A stretch of 64,000 nt of DNA, from positions 6,222 through 70,221 of the forward strand of contig CAZGAV010000006.1 of the NCBI GenBank assembly GCA_964523575.1, written 5' to 3'. Source of the DNA: an uncultured Ignavibacteriales bacterium. Its GTDB lineage: Bacteria > Zixibacteria > MSB-5A5 > GN15 > JAAZOE01. The position numbers were made by a program, and so were the translations under genes. This document shows positions 55,617-64,000 of the stretch, in pieces. Position 1 is the stretch's first letter, and every line of letters starts with the position of its first letter. The notes under the pieces were generated by a model that did no database searches, had not been told where the DNA came from, and was given only the letters and a program-made list of their open reading frames with translations.

Positions 55617-55753
55617 CAGGCCGGTATTAACTCACTCTCGACAACCTGAAGATTCTCGAATTAGCTTCAATGATAATTGGCCTCATCCATAATCACGGTT
55701 CAAGGGTTATCGAGATATATGGAAAAGCCTTAGATGATTAAATATTTCTTGGG

Positions 55754-57202
55754 CTACATGATCAGGAAAACCGACGAGGTCGCCAGATCGAGGAAAAAGC
55801 CGGGGAACAAACCCAGAATGAGCGTTCCGGCAACCGTAATAACGATGGCCACACCGATGGTAAAGCCGATTACCGGTTCGCGATCCTCACTGTCAACACG
55901 GTCGAAGAAAGCCGCCTTGACCGGTCGCAAATAATAGAAAACCGAAATCAGGCTGTTGAGCACGGCCACAATAACCAGCCAGACCAGTCCGGCATTGACC
56001 GCCGCCGAAAAGAGATAGAATTTGCCGAAAAATCCAGCCGTGGGCGGAAAACCGGCCAGCGAAAACATGAATAGCGCCAGAAAGACCGACAACCACGGAT
56101 GGCGCGAGGCCAGCCCTTTGAAGGTATCGATATGGTTGGAGCCGCCGCTCTTGTTCTCGATAATAATGAGCATCGTAAAGGCGCCCATGTTGAAGAACCC
56201 ATAGGCCAGCAAGTAGAACAGAGCCGCCGAAACGGCGTCGCTTCCCCCGGCTGTGACAGCCACCAGCAGATAACCGGCATGGGCGATGGAACTGTAGGCC
56301 AGCATACGTTTGACATTGTCCTGCATGAGGGCCAGGATATTGCCGACCGTCATGGTGAAGAAGGCCAGAATCCAGAACAACGGCTGGAAATCGACGAAGA
56401 CCGTCCCGAAACCGATCATGAAAATCCTCAGGAGAGCCGCCACGCCGGCGGCCTTGGGACCGACGGAAAAGAAGGCTGTGACCGGCGTCGGCGCTCCTTC
56501 ATAGACGTCCGGCACCCACATATGGAAGGGGAAGGAAGCGATTTTGAAGGCGAAGCCTATCAGGACCATGGCCGCCCCGATCATCAGGTACAATTGGTTT
56601 TTGTACATGGCGATCCCGGACGACATGAATATCTGCCGCAAATCGGTGGTCCCGGTGCCGCCGTAAACCAGCGCGATACCGTAGAGCAGGAAGGCCGAGG
56701 CGAAAGCGCCCATGAAGAAATACTTGGCCGAGGCTTCGGTCGATTTGAGGTTGCCACGCATGAATCCCGCCAGCACATATAGAGGCAGGGACATGATTTC
56801 GAGGCCGAGGAAAATGACCATCAGATTCGATGAAGAAACCATGATCATCATGCCGGCCGTGGAAATCAGCATCAGGGCATAGTATTCGAGCCGGTCAATG
56901 CCACGGCGGGCCAGATAATCACGCGAGATGAGAACGGCCGTACCGCAGGTGAGCAGAAAAATAAGCTTGCAGAAAAGGGCGAAATTGTCGCAGACGACCA
57001 TCCCGAAATAGCCGGTTTGCTGGCAGTTCCAAAGGCTGATCACGAAATATAGCGAGGTCAGCACCGCCAAAATCGACAGCGTCGGAGAGACGATTCGCTT
57101 CCGGTTCAGAGGCGCCGCGACCAGCATGACAAAGGCAAACACCAGAAGCGCCAGTTCCGGCATGATGATTTCAATATTTATGGCAGCTGTCAACTGCGAC
57201 AT
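55754..57202 (-). CDS. nuoN: NADH-quinone oxidoreductase subunit N
   Basis: 482 aa with about 14 TM segments, an antiporter-like subunit. It is the last gene of the nuo cluster and has a GGAGA RBS. Confidence 0.9.
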   Translation of the reverse strand: MSQLTAAINIEIIMPELALLVFAFVMLVAAPLNRKRIVSPTLSILAVLTSLYFVISLWNCQQTGYFGMVVCDNFALFCKLIFLLTCGTAVLISRDYLARRGIDRLEYYALMLISTAGMMIMVSSSNLMVIFLGLEIMSLPLYVLAGFMRGNLKSTEASAKYFFMGAFASAFLLYGIALVYGGTGTTDLRQIFMSSGIAMYKNQLYLMIGAAMVLIGFAFKIASFPFHMWVPDVYEGAPTPVTAFFSVGPKAAGVAALLRIFMIGFGTVFVDFQPLFWILAFFTMTVGNILALMQDNVKRMLAYSSIAHAGYLLVAVTAGGSDAVSAALFYLLAYGFFNMGAFTMLIIIENKSGGSNHIDTFKGLASRHPWLSVFLALFMFSLAGFPPTAGFFGKFYLFSAAVNAGLVWLVIVAVLNSLISVFYYLRPVKAAFFDRVDSEDREPVIGFTIGVAIVITVAGTLILGLFPGFFLDLATSSVFLIM

Positions 57203-57229
57203 ATTCGTCTCCAGATCGTGTTACGACGC

Positions 57230-57248
57230 ATGCGGCTCACGGCCGCAT
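57230..57248 (-). promoter_or_regulatory. SECIS-like hairpin downstream of the in-frame UGA
   Basis: The minus strand reads AUGCGGC-CGUGA-GCCGCAU: a 7-bp perfect stem with a GU-containing 5-nt loop. It begins 12 nt after the UGA at 57263-57261. Confidence 0.4.
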
Positions 57249-57251
57249 CAA

Positions 57252-57476
57252 TTAGAATCCTCAACCGCCGCCCCAGCCGACTTTGACTTCTCCCTTATCG
57301 ACAATGACCGGGACTATTCGCCGACCACCCGAAAGGTCGAGGAGTTCCTTCTGGGCCGCGGCGTTTCCGACGACATCGACTTCGTCATAGGCGATGTCCG
57401 CGGAATCATAATGCTCTTTGGCCGCCTGACAATAGGGGCATCCCGGCTTGGTAAACATTTTCACCTCAGCCATCAT
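57252..57476 (-). CDS. Glutaredoxin-like protein (CPYC), candidate selenoprotein with a C-terminal U-G-F
   Basis: The core at 57264-57476 has a thioredoxin fold with KPGCPYCQAAK. The track stop TGA (57263-57261) is followed in frame by GGA TTC TAA (57260-57252). The ATG overlaps the nuoM stop (ATGA). Confidence 0.6.
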
Positions 57477-59044
57477 TGACCTCCACCACCACTAACGGTT
57501 CCGACTTCCACGCTTTCCGCCTGTCCGGCTCGAGCGGCCCGGTCGGCCTCGTACATGCTCCGTCCCTTTTCCACCTGCCGGATAACCGTTTTGACCGACG
57601 GTTCCATGAAATTGAAAAACGGTTTTGGGTAGAAACCGATCCAGAAAACCATGATAACCAGAGGCACCAGGACGATCTTCTCCCGCAGGCTGAGATCGAC
57701 CAGTTTTTCATTGGCGGGATTGGTCAATTTGCCGTAAAAAACCCGCTGATACATCCACAGCATATAACAGGCCGCAAAGACCACGCCGCTGGCGGCCAGA
57801 ATGGCATAGACCTTGTTATACGACCAGGCGCCCAACAGAATCGTGAACTCCCCGACAAAACCATTGGTGCCCGGGACGCCGATGGACGACAACAGGATAA
57901 TCATGAAGAAAGTCGAATAAACCGGCAGTTTGCCGGCCAGACCGCCATATTCACTGATCAGCCGCGTGTGACGGCGCTCATAGATCATTCCGACCAGAAT
58001 AAATAGTGCCCCGGTGGAAATGCCGTGGTTGATCATCTGGATAACCGACCCCTCCATTCCCTGCAGATTGAGAGTCATCATGCCCAGCATGATAAAGCCC
58101 ATATGAGACACCGAGGAAAAGGCGACCAGAGATTTGATGTCCTTCTGCACCATGGCTACCAGCGCGCCATAGATAATGCCGATTACGGCCAGTACTGAAA
58201 TAAGGGGCATGAATGCGAAAGTAGCGACCGGGAAAATCGGCAGACAGAAACGGATAAAACCGTAGGTGCCCATCTTGAGCAAAACGCCGGCTAGAATCAC
58301 CGACCCGGCCGTCGGCGCTTCGACATGAGCGTCGGGCAACCAGGTATGGAACGGCCACATCGGCACTTTGATAATAAAGGCCAGACCGAAAGCGGCAAAA
58401 AGCCACATCTGCATATCGCGCGCCAGAGGCATGCCGGTAATTTTAATGAGGTCGAAAGTGTACTCGCCGAAAACCGCATGGTATTGGAAATACAACACCA
58501 GAATCGCGACCAGCATCAACAACGATCCGACCATGGTAAACAAGACAAATTTGATGGCGGCGTAAACACGCCGCTGACCGCCCCAGATGCCGATCAGGAA
58601 ATACATCGGGATGAGCATCACTTCCCAGAAAACGTAGAACATGAACAGATCGAGGGTGACGAAAACGCCCAGCATGCCGGTTTCGAGCAGAAGAATCGAG
58701 GCGTAAAATCCTTTATGCGAATGTTCCACGGCTTTAAAGGTTGACAGTATGGCGATGGAAGTCAGGAATGTCGTCAGCAATACAAGTAGCAGTGAGATAC
58801 CGTCGATTCCCAGGTGGAAATGGATGCCCATCTGCGATATCCAGGGGACATCGGCGACGAATTGCATTCCTGTGGCGACAGTGTCGAAACGGAATACGAG
58901 ATCGAGCGACGAGATAAAGGTCAGCAGGGAGAAAAACAGGGCCGAATGTCGGATCGAGACATGGTGATCCTTCGGGATCAGCATAATGAAGAACATCCCC
59001 AAAAGCGGCAGGAAGGTGATGATTGTCAGAATCCAACTACTCAT
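57473..59044 (-). CDS. nuoM: NADH-quinone oxidoreductase subunit M
   Basis: 523 aa, an antiporter-like subunit. Its position between nuoL and nuoN supports the call. Confidence 0.9.
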   Translation of the reverse strand: MSSWILTIITFLPLLGMFFIMLIPKDHHVSIRHSALFFSLLTFISSLDLVFRFDTVATGMQFVADVPWISQMGIHFHLGIDGISLLLVLLTTFLTSIAILSTFKAVEHSHKGFYASILLLETGMLGVFVTLDLFMFYVFWEVMLIPMYFLIGIWGGQRRVYAAIKFVLFTMVGSLLMLVAILVLYFQYHAVFGEYTFDLIKITGMPLARDMQMWLFAAFGLAFIIKVPMWPFHTWLPDAHVEAPTAGSVILAGVLLKMGTYGFIRFCLPIFPVATFAFMPLISVLAVIGIIYGALVAMVQKDIKSLVAFSSVSHMGFIMLGMMTLNLQGMEGSVIQMINHGISTGALFILVGMIYERRHTRLISEYGGLAGKLPVYSTFFMIILLSSIGVPGTNGFVGEFTILLGAWSYNKVYAILAASGVVFAACYMLWMYQRVFYGKLTNPANEKLVDLSLREKIVLVPLVIMVFWIGFYPKPFFNFMEPSVKTVIRQVEKGRSMYEADRAARAGQAESVEVGTVSGGGGQ

Positions 59045-59046
59045 GT

Positions 59047-60981
59047 TTACCTCACCACCAAAAAGCCGACGACAATCACGACCCCGATCAGGAAGACGGT
59101 CAGGTACCCCCTGAGATACCCGGCCTGCATGCGCCGGAAGGTGTCCGACATATCGCCGACCAGCCGGGCCACGCCGTTGGCGATACCGTCGATTAACAAG
59201 ACGTCGATAATTTTCCAGAGAAAGATGGAACCGTTGACTATCGGCCGCACAACCGTCGCGCCATAGAATTCATCGACCCAGTATTTATTATAAATGGCTT
59301 TGTGCAGACCGGACAGCGAAGCGCGCAAGGACCCGGCTTTGGCCGGATTCTTCCGATAGAAATACCAGGCCAGATAAATCGAAACCAGCACCAACACGAT
59401 AGTCAGGGCCATGAGGCCGTATTCCGGCAAGGCCGAGTGGGCGGCCGCTTCGTGACCGCCGCCGACAACCGGAACATGAGCCATGACCGGTTCCAGAAAT
59501 TTGTCGAACCAGGCGCCGCCGCCAAGGGCGTGCGGAATCCCGATCCAGCCGCCGCCGACCGACAGTATGGCCAGAATAATCAACGGCACGGTCATCGATT
59601 TCGGCGATTCATGAAGATGCTCAGCGGTATGCTTGTCGTAGCGTCCTTCGCCGAAGAAAGTCAGATACAGCAGACGGAACATATAGAAGGCCGTCAGCCC
59701 GGCGGTTATGACGCCCACCAGCCAGAAGATAACACTGCCATGACCGGACGAGAAAGATTTCCAGAGGATTTCATCCTTTGAGAAGAACCCCGAGAAAAGT
59801 GGAATGCCGGAGATAGCTAGCGTGGCCATCAGGAAAGTTTTATATGTAACCGGTAATTGCTTTTTGAGTCCGCCCATTTTCCGCATATCCTGTTCATCGG
59901 ACATGGCGTGAATAATCGATCCGGAACCGAGGAAAAGCAGGGCTTTGAAGAAGGCGTGAGTCATGAGGTGAAAGATACCGGCGGAGAAAGCGGCCACGCC
60001 GCAGGCCATCATCATGTACCCCAGCTGACTGACGGTGGAATAGGCCAAAACCCGCTTGATATCGTTCTGAGCCAGACCAATGGTCGCCGCCACGAAAGCG
60101 GTAGCTGTTCCGACAATCGCGACCACCAATAAAGTGGTGGGAGCCAGAATGAAAAGGAAATTGAGCCGCACCAGCATATAGACGCCGGCCGTCACCATCG
60201 TCGCGGCATGGATCAGGGCCGAGACCGGAGTGGGGCCTTCCATCGCATCAGGCAACCAGATATAAAGAGGAATTTGGGCCGATTTGCCGGTAGCGCCAAA
60301 GAAAAGAAGCAAAGTCGCCCATGTGACGGCGCCGCCGCCGAGGATGAAAACTTCGGGGGCCTTATGAGCCAGTTCGGTAAACTGGAAAGTGCCGGCCGTC
60401 CAGAAAATGATGAAACTGCCGAGCAGGAAACCGAAGTCGCCGATACGGTTGACGATAAAAGCCTTTTTGCCGGCATCAGCGGCCGACTTCTTGGTAAACC
60501 AGAAGCCGATGAGGAGATAACTGCATAACCCGACGCCTTCCCAGCCGATAAAGAGCAGAATCAGGTTATTGCCCAGCACTAGCGTGAGCATCGAAAACAT
60601 GAAGAGATTGAGGTAGATGAAGAAGCGTTTGATACCCGGATCATGAGCCATATATCCGATGGAATAGACATGAATCAGGAAACCGACTCCGGAAACGACC
60701 AGAATCATGACGGCCGACAGGGGGTCGAGCAGGAAGGCGAAGTCGAGCTGAAGCGCCCCGATCGGAATCCACGAGAAGAGCACCTGCTGAACGACGCGCT
60801 GTTCGGGGTCGAGGGCCAGGAGTTTGATGAACAGAGCAACCGCGATAAGAAATGACAGGCCGGGAGCCCCCACCGCCAGCGACACCACCATCTTTTTTGA
60901 CAGGCGTTCGCGCAACAGCCCGTTGATGATAACGGCCAGCAGAGGCAGGAGCGGTACTAAATACAGGTAATCAAACATCAT
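59047..60981 (-). CDS. nuoL: NADH-quinone oxidoreductase subunit L
   Basis: 644 aa, an antiporter-like subunit with a C-terminal lateral-helix extension. Confidence 0.9.
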   Translation of the reverse strand: MMFDYLYLVPLLPLLAVIINGLLRERLSKKMVVSLAVGAPGLSFLIAVALFIKLLALDPEQRVVQQVLFSWIPIGALQLDFAFLLDPLSAVMILVVSGVGFLIHVYSIGYMAHDPGIKRFFIYLNLFMFSMLTLVLGNNLILLFIGWEGVGLCSYLLIGFWFTKKSAADAGKKAFIVNRIGDFGFLLGSFIIFWTAGTFQFTELAHKAPEVFILGGGAVTWATLLLFFGATGKSAQIPLYIWLPDAMEGPTPVSALIHAATMVTAGVYMLVRLNFLFILAPTTLLVVAIVGTATAFVAATIGLAQNDIKRVLAYSTVSQLGYMMMACGVAAFSAGIFHLMTHAFFKALLFLGSGSIIHAMSDEQDMRKMGGLKKQLPVTYKTFLMATLAISGIPLFSGFFSKDEILWKSFSSGHGSVIFWLVGVITAGLTAFYMFRLLYLTFFGEGRYDKHTAEHLHESPKSMTVPLIILAILSVGGGWIGIPHALGGGAWFDKFLEPVMAHVPVVGGGHEAAAHSALPEYGLMALTIVLVLVSIYLAWYFYRKNPAKAGSLRASLSGLHKAIYNKYWVDEFYGATVVRPIVNGSIFLWKIIDVLLIDGIANGVARLVGDMSDTFRRMQAGYLRGYLTVFLIGVVIVVGFLVVR

Positions 60982-60982
60982 T

Positions 60983-61285
60983 TTACCATTTCATCAAATT
61001 CAGGTGATCGGCATCGACCGATTCCCGACCGCGAAAGACGGCGATAATGATGGCCAGACCCACGGCCGCCTCGGCCGCCGCCACCGTCATCACCAGAAAT
61101 ACGAAAACCTGCCCGTCCATCAGCTTGAGGTAGCGCGAGAAGGCCATAATGGCCAGATTGGCGGCGTTGAGCATGATTTCGACGGCCATGAACATGACGA
61201 TCAGGTTGCGCGACAAAACGACGCCGATGACGCCGATGACGAACAGGAACGCCGAAAGGATGATATAATAATCGAGCGGTACCAT
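60983..61285 (-). CDS. nuoK: NADH-quinone oxidoreductase subunit K
   Basis: 100 aa with 3 TM segments. The conserved Glu-containing helices include [10 protein letters not shown]. Confidence 0.9.
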   Translation of the reverse strand: MVPLDYYIILSAFLFVIGVIGVVLSRNLIVMFMAVEIMLNAANLAIMAFSRYLKLMDGQVFVFLVMTVAAAEAAVGLAIIIAVFRGRESVDADHLNLMKW

Positions 61286-61287
61286 AA

Positions 61288-61779
61288 CTATAACGCCTTC
61301 TTGGCCATGACCACGGCGCCGACAATCGCTACCAGTAACAGGATCGAGGTCAATTCAAAAGGATAGACAAATTTACCATAGAGCAGTTCGGCCACCTGCG
61401 GAACCTGGCCGAAATTTTCGCCGACCGCTTCCATGCGCGAAGAAATACCCATCGAAACCCAGACCATCTCCGCTAACAAAACGAGGCCGAAGATCCAGCC
61501 CAGCGGTTTGATTTTCGATAACGTATCCTGACCGAGGTCGGCATGACGGATATTGAGCATCATGATCACGAATAAAAACAGGACCAGGATAGCGCCGCCG
61601 TAAACGAGCACCAGAAAGGCCGCCACAAACAAGCCCGATAGTTGGATATACAGCACCGACTGGGACAGGATCGTGATGATCAGATACAGTACGCTGGCGA
61701 CGGGATTTTTGACCGTAATCACCATGATGGCCGAAGCCAGCGCGATAATAGCCGCCACGGCAAAGACTACCATTTCCAT
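61288..61779 (-). CDS. nuoJ: NADH-quinone oxidoreductase subunit J
   Basis: 163 aa with 5 TM segments. The operon position supports the call. Confidence 0.85.
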   Translation of the reverse strand: MEMVVFAVAAIIALASAIMVITVKNPVASVLYLIITILSQSVLYIQLSGLFVAAFLVLVYGGAILVLFLFVIMMLNIRHADLGQDTLSKIKPLGWIFGLVLLAEMVWVSMGISSRMEAVGENFGQVPQVAELLYGKFVYPFELTSILLLVAIVGAVVMAKKAL

Positions 61780-61813
61780 GGTCAGTTACGCCTCCTCGCC
61801 CATTGTACCGAAA

Positions 61814-62305
61814 TCATACGTAATACCTCCGCGTCCGCCGGTGGATGGTTTTATAAGGACGATCCTTGCGGGGATGTTCGACCAGCATGCTTTCCTTATC
61901 GCGGATAAATTTGTCCCGGTCGTCGTCGGCCAGTTCGTATTCATGGCCGAGGAAAATCGCCTCTTCGGGGCAGGCCTCCTCGCAAAAACCGCAAAAAATA
62001 CACCGGATGAGATTGATCTCATACACGGCCGCGTACCGCTCGCCTTTCTCGTTTTCAGCCGGCTCCATATATATGGCGTCGGCCGGACAGGCGGCGGCGC
62101 ACAGTCCGCAACAAACGCATCGCTCCGTGCCGTCCTCATACCGTTCCAGGTAATGTAAACCCTTGTAGCGCGGCATCATCTCGTACTTGACGCGCGGGTA
62201 TTTCTTCGTTACCGGTTTTTTAAACAGGTGTTTGAGGGTCGTATAAAGACCGACCGGCAACGCCACTATCGTGGTCTTGACTATATCCCAAAAAGCTCGC
62301 CACAT
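61814..62305 (-). CDS. nuoI: NADH-quinone oxidoreductase subunit I (2x[4Fe-4S])
   Basis: Has two ferredoxin motifs, CVCCGLCAAACP and CIFCGFCEEACP. Confidence 0.9.
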   Translation of the reverse strand: MWRAFWDIVKTTIVALPVGLYTTLKHLFKKPVTKKYPRVKYEMMPRYKGLHYLERYEDGTERCVCCGLCAAACPADAIYMEPAENEKGERYAAVYEINLIRCIFCGFCEEACPEEAIFLGHEYELADDDRDKFIRDKESMLVEHPRKDRPYKTIHRRTRRYYV

Positions 62306-62308
62306 AAT

Positions 62309-63301
62309 CTAAATCACATACATTATTATGCCTGTCACCAGGACATTAGCCAGGGCCAGCGGGAACAACACCTTCCAGCCCACATCCATCAGCTGATCGT
62401 ATCGGAGTCGCGGGAAAGTCGCCCGGAACCAGATGTAGAAAACCATAAATATGATGACCTTGAGAATCAGCCATAGCGGCCCGGGCAAAAACGGTCCCTG
62501 CCAGCCGCCGAAAAAAAGCGTCGCCACCACCGCCGAGGCGGTGATCATATTGGCGTACTCGCCCACAAAAAACATCGAAAAACGCATCGATGAATATTCG
62601 GTGTGATACCCGGCCACCAGTTCCGATTCCGCCTCGGGCAGGTCAAAAGGCGCTCGATTGGTTTCGGCCACGGCGCATATCCAGAAAATCAGAAACGCGA
62701 CCGGATTCTTGAAAACGTACCAGTCCAGAATCGAAGCCTGCTGGCCGACAATCTGGGTCAACGACAGCGTTCCAGCCATCATCAGAATCGGCACTAGCGA
62801 AAGGCCATAGGCCACTTCATATGAAATCATCTGTGCCGAACTTCTGATGCCGCCCAGAAGAGAATACTTCGAACCCGACGACCAACCGCCCAAGGCGATA
62901 CCGTACACGCCCAAAGAGGTCGTCGCCAGTATGAAGAGGACGCCGATGTTGAGATCGGAAATGGTCAGCGGGATTTCGTAACCGAAAAGATGAATCGGCG
63001 GACCGATCGGTATTACCGCAAAAGCCAGGAATCCGGGAATGAAGGCAATCATGGGCGCGAAAAGAAAAATCACGCCTTCCGCCTGCCGGGGCGTCACATC
63101 CTCTTTGAACATCAGCTTGATACCGTCGGCGATCGGCTGAAAGAGGCCGAAAGGCCCGACATAAGTCGGTCCCATGCGCTGTTGAAGGCGTCCCAGCAGT
63201 TTTCTCTCCAGCCAGGTGGCGTAGGCGCATCCGGTAACCACCGCCGCATAGATGACGATCACCTTGATTACGATCAATATTATGTAAGTCAGGTCAGCCA
63301 T
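62309..63301 (-). CDS. nuoH: NADH-quinone oxidoreductase subunit H
   Basis: 330 aa with 8 TM segments. Has the conserved GLFQPIADGIKL and RAPFDLPEAESELV motifs. Confidence 0.9.
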   Translation of the reverse strand: MADLTYIILIVIKVIVIYAAVVTGCAYATWLERKLLGRLQQRMGPTYVGPFGLFQPIADGIKLMFKEDVTPRQAEGVIFLFAPMIAFIPGFLAFAVIPIGPPIHLFGYEIPLTISDLNIGVLFILATTSLGVYGIALGGWSSGSKYSLLGGIRSSAQMISYEVAYGLSLVPILMMAGTLSLTQIVGQQASILDWYVFKNPVAFLIFWICAVAETNRAPFDLPEAESELVAGYHTEYSSMRFSMFFVGEYANMITASAVVATLFFGGWQGPFLPGPLWLILKVIIFMVFYIWFRATFPRLRYDQLMDVGWKVLFPLALANVLVTGIIMYVI

Positions 63302-64000
63302 TATTTATCATCCAGTTTTTCGATCCTGACCCAGCCGCCGTTATCGCGCGATATCAGGCCGTTGACCTCGACCGAGGAGAAGTTATTGGGAATAAACAAA
63401 ACTTCCCCCTCAAAATGCTCCGAATACCGGGCCTTGAGCACCAGTTTGGCGACCGACGATTCAACCCGGATAAGATCGCCCTCTTTGATCTCCAGCTTTC
63501 GAGCCAGAGCGGGCGACAATTCCAGATATGACTCCGGTGTAAACCGCATCAAGGATGGGCAATGTTCGGTCAGGTAGCCGAAATGATGCAGGTCGTTTCC
63601 GATCAGAAGACGGTACGGAAACCCCTCATGCTCGATTTTTACGGGCTGTTTGATATCAAAGACGGTGTCCGTATCGCGCGCCACTCTCTGCCAGCCGTCA
63701 ACGATTTCCCGGGTGATGCTCTGGAGGTCGCTGTCATCAATCTCCAGAGATGATTCCATGGATTCAGACAGCGCCTTAAGTATTTCTATGCCGGTCTTTA
63801 CGCCCGCCGGAGGCGGCAGGGCCTTTTCAAATCGCTGGTAACGCCCCTCAAGATTGACGTAGGAACCCGATTGTTCCGACCATCCAGCCAGTGGCAAAAC
63901 CACGTCGGCTTTGGCGCTGGTAGCGGTTTCAAACAGGTCGGCCACGACCAGGAAATCAAGCTTGTCGAGGGCCGCATTGACGAAGGGACCATCGGGGTAG
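63301..64000 (-). CDS. nuoG: NADH-quinone oxidoreductase subunit G-like molybdopterin-oxidoreductase-fold protein, C-terminal part (partial; continues off the right edge)
   Basis: The reading frame stays open upstream of the track's GTG start (...YPDGPFVNAALDKLDFLVVADLFETATSAKADVVLP...). The C-terminus overlaps the nuoH start. Confidence 0.75.
   Translation of the reverse strand, partial: YPDGPFVNAALDKLDFLVVADLFETATSAKADVVLPLAGWSEQSGSYVNLEGRYQRFEKALPPPAGVKTGIEILKALSESMESSLEIDDSDLQSITREIVDGWQRVARDTDTVFDIKQPVKIEHEGFPYRLLIGNDLHHFGYLTEHCPSLMRFTPESYLELSPALARKLEIKEGDLIRVESSVAKLVLKARYSEHFEGEVLFIPNNFSSVEVNGLISRDNGGWVRIEKLDDK

Noticed and set aside
63943-63945. The GTG start assigned to the last ORF in the track.
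   Set aside because: The frame remains open to the window edge and reads ...LDFLVVADLFETATSAKADVVLP..., a conserved internal molybdopterin-oxidoreductase segment. The gene is therefore 5'-truncated by the window.
1-64000. CRISPR arrays, tRNA/rRNA genes, IS elements, integrases, phage genes or recognisable defence systems.
   Set aside because: I saw no direct-repeat/spacer arrays, no tRNA T-arm signatures in the intergenic regions, and no transposase, integrase or nuclease-type ORFs. This was a manual scan, so short or degenerate elements could have been missed.

Overview
This is a 64-kb, gene-dense bacterial chromosomal segment with about 50 protein genes, mostly on the minus strand. I recognised no rRNA, tRNA, CRISPR array, transposase or prophage genes. 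All product calls come from motif recognition in the supplied translations and my own reading of the DNA; no searches were run.

Content, left to right:
- A 5'-partial dnaE that is missing from the ORF track.
- Secreted hydrolases: two M1 peptidases, a metallophosphoesterase, two S8 subtilases and an M23 peptidase.
- crt-hbd, mutM and iscU.
- A sigma54 neighbourhood at 13.8-20.4 kb.
- copA, an ECF sigma factor, nadC-birA and ilvC-nth-(CBS-like)-(cystathionine lyase).
- An ABC-F ATPase, then YihY followed by a MacA-like adaptor and two FtsX/MacB-type permeases.
- Nfu and Mrp Fe-S carriers, then GNAT/MFS/ZIP genes and purF.
- At the right edge, nuoG(partial)-H-I-J-K-L-M-[glutaredoxin-like]-N.

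One protease carries a T9SS C-terminal sorting domain and three unrelated secreted proteins share a near-identical dockerin-like tail. This suggests, as inference only, an uncultivated FCB-superphylum-type organism.

Most notable observations:
1. About 0.8 kb (14650-15445) is GC-rich, ORF-poor and packed with helices, and has its own minus-strand promoter. It is a candidate large structured ncRNA that I could not assign to any family.
2. A textbook sigma54 promoter (TGGCAT-N5-TTGCA, 14580-14596) drives a terminator-bounded unit of two small genes. A TPR-type sigma54 activator with a GAFTNA loop variant lies 3 kb away.
3. A glutaredoxin-like gene is translationally coupled into the nuo operon. 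Its annotated TGA stop is followed by two sense codons, a TAA, and a SECIS-like hairpin 12 nt downstream of the TGA, so it is a candidate C-terminal selenocysteine (U-x-x-stop).
4. An orphan GAF+HisKA protein lacks an ATPase domain and is coupled to an unannotated 38-aa basic ORF.
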